A stretch of DNA of 64,000 bases, from the sequence record NC_023719.1; one strand, written 5' to 3'. Positions 58,104 through 64,000 of the stretch are shown one piece after another; the stretch's first letter is position 1; each line of letters begins with the position of its first letter. The notes beneath the pieces were generated by a model. It was not told the DNA's origin. It did not search any database and saw only the letters and a program-made list of their open reading frames with translations. Both the position numbers and the translations under genes were made by a program.

Positions 58104-60575
58104 ATGGCACGCAGTAATAAGAAAAATGAAAAAATAGATTTTGAAGAGTTGTTAGCTAATGAAAATATCAAAAAACGTAATGTAGTAGATCAAATGGAAA
58201 ATGCTACTCTAAATTACGCAGTAAAAACAATTATTGATCGAGCTTTACCTGATGCAAGAGACGGATTAAAACCATCACAACGTCGAATTTTATATGCTTT
58301 ATGGGATTTAGGAATGCTACCTCATAAACCATATCGAAAATCAGCAACAGTGAATGGCCACGTAATGGGTAATTTCCATCCACATGGTGATACTTATGGT
58401 GTAATGGTAAATATGACAAATGAATTAAGTATTCGATATCCAGTAGTTGATGGTCAGGGTAACTTTGGTAACCCATTAGATGGTGATGGTGCAGCAGCGA
58501 TGCGTTATACTGAAGCACGTTTAGATAATCTTGGAATGTTAATGCTACAAGATGTTGACAAAAAAGTTGTTGACTTCCAACCTAACTATTCTGAAGAAAC
58601 AGAAGAACCAGTGATTTTACCAGCAGGGATTCCATACTTACTTATAAATGGAGCAACTGGTATTGCAACTGGTTATACTACTGACATACCTTCCCATAAT
58701 TTAAGCGAAGTAATTGATGGTATCTTAAATTTAATTCAAAATCCTGAAATTGATATTCATGGGTTAATGAAACACATTAAAGGTCCTGATTTACCTACTG
58801 GCGGGATTGTAGTAAAAAATGAAGATTTAATTAAATTGTACGAAACTGGTAGAGCTTCTCTTAGATATAGAGCGAAAATGACAACTGAAATTAATGAAGA
58901 GGGTAATACTCAAATTGTTGTTACAGAGTTACCGCCTGATGTAAGAAAAGCCTCACTTGAAAAATCTCCAGGCATTGTTGAGAAGTTGTATCAATTATGT
59001 GTTGTTGATAAAAAAATTCCACGTATTGTTGATGTAAGAGATGAATCTGAGGGTAAGAAGGATAAGAAAACTGGGATAGCTTCGGACCAAGTGCGTATTG
59101 TAATTGAACTTCATAAAACAGCAATTCCGGAAGTTATCATTTCTGAATTGTATAAGAAAACAGCGTTAGAAAAAACGAATGGTTATCTACTACGCGCATT
59201 AGTAAATCAAGCTCCAGTAATTTTAAATTTAAAAGAAATGCTGGAAATCTTCTTGAATCACAGACGTGATGTTATTACTAGAAGAGTTAAGTTTGATTTA
59301 GAGAAAACAAAACGCAAACTACATTTACTTGAAGGTTTCATAATTGTATTTAATAATATGGATGACATTATTCATATTATTAGAAATTCAAGTGATGTGG
59401 AACAAGATTTAGTTGCTAAGTATGGTTTCTCTAAAGAACAAGTTAAAGCTATCTTAGCTATGCCATTACGTAATTTATCTAAAATGGAAGAAACAAAAAT
59501 CCTTGATGAAATTCAACAACGGAAAGATGAAATTGAAATGTATGAATTCATCTTATCAGATCAAAATGAAATTGATGCAATTGTTAAATCTGAACTCGTA
59601 GAAATTAAAGAAAAGTATAAAAAAGATAAACGTAAAACAACAGTTCTTTGCGAAAATGAGTTAAATAATTCGTTAAACATGATGTCAGATGAATCGATGG
59701 TTTCAATTTTAACTTCTAAAAATGCTATTAAACAAATTTCTGAAGAATCTTTAGATGATATGTTAAAAGCTGGGGCATTTAGAGAAAGAACAGAAGTTTA
59801 TATTCAGGGAGTTAAATGCAAAATAGATGATGAGTTTGTTTTAATACTTGAAACAGGTGAATATGTACGAGCTACATTTAATGATTTAGCTCTAATGGAT
59901 TTTGTTGAGAGTAAGAAAGTTGTAGCATTCTTTGTATTAGACCTACAAGATAGTCAGAAAAACGTTGTTGTAATGACTAAGAGTGGTTTAATTAAAAAAT
60001 CGAAAATGAGTTCTTTCAAAGCTAGAAGTCGAAGAATTGCTCCATATATAGCTTTAGCTAATGAAAATGATACTATTGTTGGAGTTAAGATTAGTGATGG
60101 CGATGAACTAAATAATACTGTTGTTGTAGCTACGAAAAACGGTATTGTTCATAGATTTAGCGAGAATGCATTTACCCCTAGCAATCCTGGTGGCAAAGGA
60201 GTCCCTGGAATTTCTGCTTCTGTTATTGAAGAAGGAGATGAGATAGCCGACTTTGATGTTGTATCGAAAAATGATGATTCAACAAACCTATTAGTAATGT
60301 ACTCAAGGGATAAAGAAGGAAATATTAGTATGAAGAGTATGAGTATGTCTGAATTTATCACTAAAGGTCGAGTATCTAGAGGTATCGTTGGAGCAGCAAA
60401 AGATTTCAGTGATGAAGTCTATAAAATTAAAGTTACAAATGAAGACTTGGTTATCATTGATAAAAAAGGTGTTATTCATAAACAGAAATTTGTATCATTA
60501 CCAATCCAAAGTAGATACAATAAACCAGAAAGAATTGATTTCGAACCACTAGTTACTGATTTTTATTTAGAATAA
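58104..60575 (+). CDS. gyrA: Type IIA topoisomerase A subunit (GyrA/ParC)
   Basis: RALPDARDGLKPSQRRIL, HPHGD, AAAMRYTE active-site Tyr, beta-pinwheel CTD. Confidence 0.95.
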   Translation: MARSNKKNEKIDFEELLANENIKKRNVVDQMENATLNYAVKTIIDRALPDARDGLKPSQRRILYALWDLGMLPHKPYRKSATVNGHVMGNFHPHGDTYGVMVNMTNELSIRYPVVDGQGNFGNPLDGDGAAAMRYTEARLDNLGMLMLQDVDKKVVDFQPNYSEETEEPVILPAGIPYLLINGATGIATGYTTDIPSHNLSEVIDGILNLIQNPEIDIHGLMKHIKGPDLPTGGIVVKNEDLIKLYETGRASLRYRAKMTTEINEEGNTQIVVTELPPDVRKASLEKSPGIVEKLYQLCVVDKKIPRIVDVRDESEGKKDKKTGIASDQVRIVIELHKTAIPEVIISELYKKTALEKTNGYLLRALVNQAPVILNLKEMLEIFLNHRRDVITRRVKFDLEKTKRKLHLLEGFIIVFNNMDDIIHIIRNSSDVEQDLVAKYGFSKEQVKAILAMPLRNLSKMEETKILDEIQQRKDEIEMYEFILSDQNEIDAIVKSELVEIKEKYKKDKRKTTVLCENELNNSLNMMSDESMVSILTSKNAIKQISEESLDDMLKAGAFRERTEVYIQGVKCKIDDEFVLILETGEYVRATFNDLALMDFVESKKVVAFFVLDLQDSQKNVVVMTKSGLIKKSKMSSFKARSRRIAPYIALANENDTIVGVKISDGDELNNTVVVATKNGIVHRFSENAFTPSNPGGKGVPGISASVIEEGDEIADFDVVSKNDDSTNLLVMYSRDKEGNISMKSMSMSEFITKGRVSRGIVGAAKDFSDEVYKIKVTNEDLVIIDKKGVIHKQKFVSLPIQSRYNKPERIDFEPLVTDFYLE

Positions 60576-60582
60576 TATGTGT

Positions 60583-60620
60583 AAAAAAAAACCTACTAGT
60601 AAATTACTAGTAGGTTTTTT
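60583..60620. terminator. Bidirectional terminator
   Basis: aaaaaacctactagt/actagtaggtttttt. Confidence 0.9.
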
Positions 60621-60630
60621 GCTGTTTAGA

Positions 60631-62466
60631 TTAAGGAGTAACTTCTGTAGCAGTAAGCTCACCAGTATCAGAAACAGTTAATCTGTAACGAGTACCGTTT
60701 GGAGATGCAAGAATAAAACCTTTACCAACAGTTGTAACTTCAATATCATCAGCAGAAACTTTATCAGCTTTAGCAGTTAAAGCAGTTTTGTCTGCTTTGT
60801 CTCCTAAAGTAGTATTTAAAGCTCCCATTTCAGATTCATAAGTAGTAGAATCTACTTTGCCAGCTAAGTCAGTAGCGTAAGTAGTTTTGTCTACTTTTTT
60901 GTCTAATTCTGAAGTTAGAGTTGTTTTATCAGCTTTAGCGTCAATTGCAGTGTTTAAAGTAGCTAAATCTGCAGTGTGAGTCGCTTTGTCTAATTTTGCA
61001 GCTAAATCAGAAGTATGAGCAGTTTTATCAACTTTACCATCTAATTTAGTGTTGAAATCAGATACACTAGCAGTATGAGTCGCAGTATCTAATTTGCCGT
61101 TTACTTTGTTGTTTAGAGTAGTGCTATCAGCAGAGTAAACAGATAAATCTAATTTGTTATCTAGAGAGTTTTCGATGTCACTAATTTTAGTGTTGTAAAC
61201 TGTTGTATCAACTTTATTTAAAAGTGTATTATCAACTTGACCAAGCTTAGTGTTGTAGATTGTAGCATCAATCTTGTTGTCTAAAGAATTTTCGATATCT
61301 CCTACTCGTGCATTGAAAGTAGCAGAATCAACTTTAGCATCGATAGCAAGATTAATTCCAGCAATAGCAGATGAGTTTACTTTATCATTCAATTTAGCAT
61401 TTACATCATCTTTGAAAGTGTTGTGAGTTGCTACATCTAATTTGGAAGCCATACCAGTGTTGTAAGTTGTTGTATCAACTTTATCACCAATTTCTGTTTT
61501 GTCTGCTTTAGCATCGATTAAGCTTTGTAAAGCAGCTGAAACTGTTAATTTATTGTCAACAATTTCAAACTTCTCAGTATCGATTTTGTCTTCTAGATAA
61601 CCAGAAGTATCAGTAGCGCTAACTTTCATATATTGGTCTTGAGCAAAAGAGATTGAAGAATCTTTAGTGTCTTGTAAACCAATGTTACCGTTGCTTGCAA
61701 CGATACGGAAAGTCTTTTTAACGCCATCTGCTTCATCTAGTACTGAATCAGCTACAACAAAACCTTTGTTAGGAGTTGCAACTTGAACATCTCCATCAAA
61801 CAACCATCTGCGTTTGTTTTCATCCCAAGTAATCTTAACGTGATCTTCAGTACCTCTATCAACTACGATAGAAACTTGTCTACTTGGAACTTCAGTTTCA
61901 TTGTTGTTTAATGTGAATGTGTCAGATGGAGTACCAGCAGCGTCGGCTTTTAGAGCTAAGTGACCAGTTAATAATTCAATATCTAATTTTTTATCTAATT
62001 CTTCTTGCAAATTAGTAATTGCACTGATAGGGTGAGCACAAGACTCATCTCTACCACTAATTTGATCGTGAGAAGTGATAAAGTTAGGAGATTGAATGAT
62101 TGGTCTCATGTCAAAAATGTTTTCTTCAGTGATAATTTCCGTATTGTTTTTAACGAAAATAGCTGCAAGAGGTACAACATTTTTTTCAAGTTTTGGGAGT
62201 TCAGGATTAGCCTTCGCTTCGCTTTCGATGAATTTGATTACACCAGTTTTAGTAATGCACACAATAACAAACTTAGCTTGAGCATTTGGCTTTGTAATCT
62301 CAGGTGTACTTCCGCCTGGGAAATTCACATAAGTAGAACTATCGAACCAAAAACCACCCGCAGTAACCTTCACAGTCATGTTAGGTACCATTTGCGCAGT
62401 AACTTTTAACGCTGATAAATAAGAATTAAGCTTTTTGTATTGATCTCCATATGGTGGTATATTCAT
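60631..62466 (-). CDS. Fibre-like virion protein with K[VLA]D coiled-coil repeats
   Basis: Minus strand (cat at 62464-62466; track label is wrong); GGGAGG RBS; 11/18-aa repeats; C-terminal GFILASPNGTRYRLTVSDTGEL. Confidence 0.75.
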   Translation of the reverse strand: MNIPPYGDQYKKLNSYLSALKVTAQMVPNMTVKVTAGGFWFDSSTYVNFPGGSTPEITKPNAQAKFVIVCITKTGVIKFIESEAKANPELPKLEKNVVPLAAIFVKNNTEIITEENIFDMRPIIQSPNFITSHDQISGRDESCAHPISAITNLQEELDKKLDIELLTGHLALKADAAGTPSDTFTLNNNETEVPSRQVSIVVDRGTEDHVKITWDENKRRWLFDGDVQVATPNKGFVVADSVLDEADGVKKTFRIVASNGNIGLQDTKDSSISFAQDQYMKVSATDTSGYLEDKIDTEKFEIVDNKLTVSAALQSLIDAKADKTEIGDKVDTTTYNTGMASKLDVATHNTFKDDVNAKLNDKVNSSAIAGINLAIDAKVDSATFNARVGDIENSLDNKIDATIYNTKLGQVDNTLLNKVDTTVYNTKISDIENSLDNKLDLSVYSADSTTLNNKVNGKLDTATHTASVSDFNTKLDGKVDKTAHTSDLAAKLDKATHTADLATLNTAIDAKADKTTLTSELDKKVDKTTYATDLAGKVDSTTYESEMGALNTTLGDKADKTALTAKADKVSADDIEVTTVGKGFILASPNGTRYRLTVSDTGELTATEVTP

Positions 62467-62751
62467 TATAAAACCCCTCCCTTACTATTTGTTTTTTAGT
62501 GGTAATAAAAAAATATATCAATATCGCTCTACTACCACCAAATAGATAATAAGTAATCAAACGCTTTTTATTTCCTCCTAACCCTGTTAATAACTCCATG
62601 TAAAAATCAATACTCAGAGTCACCAGAATTCAATCTAATGATTTTTAATAAAATTCATTAGGATAATATAATCAAAAATTATATTCACAGAATGGTGATT
62701 TTAGAGAGAAGTAGAATAGTAAGCACTACTTCTCTTATTTACTATTAAAGT

Positions 62752-62784
62752 TGATAAAAATTATCACATTTTTAATTATTATGT
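62752..62784 (+). promoter_or_regulatory. Putative phage middle promoter (variant)
   Basis: TGATAAA-N18-TATTATGT. Confidence 0.5.
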
Positions 62785-62848
62785 ATACAAGACAAAATAA
62801 AAAATTATGGCATACACAATGTTCTTATAATTAAGGAGTTAGATAAAT

Positions 62849-63661
62849 ATGAGCAATGAAAAACAACTATGGTTATCGCACTCAAGAATGAGTGCTTATT
62901 ACAACTGCCCCCTTTACTACAAGTTAACTTATATTGATAAAGTTCAATTAGATACTAAAGGGAATTATCATACTGCATTAGGGAATGGAATCCACAAAGT
63001 ATTAGAAGACATGTATAGTACTAATAATTACTCTCTAAAATTTATGGAAAATTTATGGGAAGTAGTTTGTCACAAAGGCTACACTGAAAAAAATGGTCAA
63101 CATGTTAAAGCTATTTTGCATGATGAGCAATATGATTTCCCTAATGGAGAAGAAGAAAAAAATATGTTTTTTTATCATGGTAGAAAGTTGATACGAGAAT
63201 ATTATCACAAAAACAAACATGAATTTGGGGTAGGAGAAATAGTAGCTACGGAGTTAAACTTTAAGGTCCCAGTTGGTGGTGGAAAAGTTGTACTTAATGG
63301 ATATATAGATAAGATTCTAAGGTTACCTAATGGTAAATTAGTAGTTTGCGACTATAAGACTGGGAAAGAAAATACTCAAGAAGAAGTAGATGATAACTAC
63401 CAATTAACACTATATGCTTTCGCTGTAAGAAAACTATTTGAAGAAGTTGAAGGAGAACTTTATTTACATTTCATAAAGAGTGGTAATAAAGTTAAAACAA
63501 CTAGGGGTAAAGAAGATTTTGACAAATTATTAGATAGAGTTAAGTTTGTTAAAAATGGTATTGAAACTGAACAATTTGAACCGAAGATTGGTGAGCAATG
63601 TCGATATTGTTTACATGATTGTCCTTTAAATGGAAATGGATTGCAAAAAGACTCTGAGTAA
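62849..63661 (+). CDS. PD-(D/E)xK RecB/AddB/Cas4-like exonuclease with Fe-S ligands
   Basis: LSHSRM..Y..CP, GYIDKI, VCDYKTG, QLTLYA, CRYC...CP. Confidence 0.9.
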   Translation: MSNEKQLWLSHSRMSAYYNCPLYYKLTYIDKVQLDTKGNYHTALGNGIHKVLEDMYSTNNYSLKFMENLWEVVCHKGYTEKNGQHVKAILHDEQYDFPNGEEEKNMFFYHGRKLIREYYHKNKHEFGVGEIVATELNFKVPVGGGKVVLNGYIDKILRLPNGKLVVCDYKTGKENTQEEVDDNYQLTLYAFAVRKLFEEVEGELYLHFIKSGNKVKTTRGKEDFDKLLDRVKFVKNGIETEQFEPKIGEQCRYCLHDCPLNGNGLQKDSE

Positions 63662-63707
63662 TTCAGGGTCTTTATTTTTTGAATAAATATTACTTTTATT
63701 ATCATTT

Positions 63708-63740
63708 TGTTAAAAATCAGCTGCTATTTTATTATTATAT
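63708..63740 (+). promoter_or_regulatory. Putative phage middle promoter
   Basis: TGTTAAA-N18-TATTATAT. Confidence 0.65.
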
Positions 63741-63783
63741 ATCAAAATCAATACAAATCAAAATCAGCAGGGAGAATGGATAT

Positions 63784-64000
63784 ATGAACAATTTTATACC
63801 TACAGTAATTGAAAATGATGGTCGTGGAGAGAAGGCATATGATGTATATTCACGCATGTTAAAAGATAGAATCATTTGGGTTCGGGGAGTAGATGAAGAT
63901 TCTGTTAATGCAATTAACTCTCAACTGCTATTTTTATTAGGTGACGATGATCAAAAACCAATTAAAATGTACATAAACTCTCCAGGAGGATCAATTCTTG
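63784..64000 (+). CDS. clpP: ATP-dependent Clp protease proteolytic subunit (3'-truncated; not in ORF track)
   Basis: [26 protein letters not shown]...SQLLFL...[10 protein letters not shown]. Confidence 0.95.
   Translation, partial: MNNFIPTVIENDGRGEKAYDVYSRMLKDRIIWVRGVDEDSVNAINSQLLFLLGDDDQKPIKMYINSPGGSIL

Noticed and set aside
23884-62466. Plus-strand labels in the ORF track for 23884-24924, 24939-25265, 54671-55219 and 60631-62466
   Set aside because: The listed proteins read from the reverse complement (cat at the high coordinate, tta at the low one), so they are reported as minus strand
62426-62623. 65-aa minus-strand ORF upstream of the fibre gene
   Set aside because: No RBS at its GTG start, overlaps the fibre gene start out of frame, and has no recognisable motif
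62849-63661. Cas4-like nuclease as a sign of a CRISPR locus
   Set aside because: No repeat-spacer array or other cas genes seen; stand-alone RecB/Cas4-like exonucleases are common in phages
6010-63705. Many short antisense or alternate-frame ORFs (e.g. 6010-6201, 10089-10292, 10885-11133, 10943-11185, 14415-14966, 19610-22312, 39423-39719, 48788-49743, 53040-53315, 58231-60361, 62005-62409, 63460-63705)
   Set aside because: They lie wholly within well-supported genes, lack RBSs and motifs, and look like shadow ORFs
1-64000. tRNA, rRNA or CRISPR arrays
   Set aside because: No cloverleaf with T-loop consensus and no regularly spaced repeat-spacer pattern recognised by eye; tRNAscan-SE and CRISPR finders would confirm

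Overview
A 64-kb, very AT-rich segment of a large (probably jumbo) contractile-tailed phage of a Bacillus-like Firmicute. The host inference rests on sigma-A-type TTTACA-N17-TATAAT promoters, strong GGAGG/GAGGTG RBSs, and HPr/Crh-like, YyaC, HU and ClpP genes. Layout: baseplate and tail genes (1-8.9 kb, 19.6-23.6 kb); small accessory genes and several nucleotidyltransferases (9-19 kb, 26-28 kb); a replication block with helicase, initiator, DnaC-like loader, DnaB and a primase Zn domain (28.6-38 kb); an ADP-ribosylation pair, NAD ligase, HU and a 2H phosphoesterase (39-47 kb); an ABC transporter/PspA/SBP-OmpA cassette (47.5-54.6 kb); and type II topoisomerase, a fibre protein, a RecB-like nuclease and ClpP (55-64 kb). 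Four ORFs labelled '+' in the supplied track are on the minus strand in the sequence itself (23884-24924, 24939-25265, 54671-55219, 60631-62466). Most striking: (1) an SF2 helicase split into two separately transcribed genes, each carrying half of a naturally split intein with unusual charge polarity; (2) an ART-fold gene head-to-head with an ADP-ribosylglycohydrolase, plus a second ART paralog; (3) a complete ABC importer + PspA-like + two SBP-OmpA fusion cassette; (4) an HPr-like protein lacking both phosphorylation sites; (5) a recurrent TGTTAAA-N18-TATTATAT promoter class. No tRNA, rRNA or CRISPR array was recognised. All calls come from motif recognition by eye, with no database searches.
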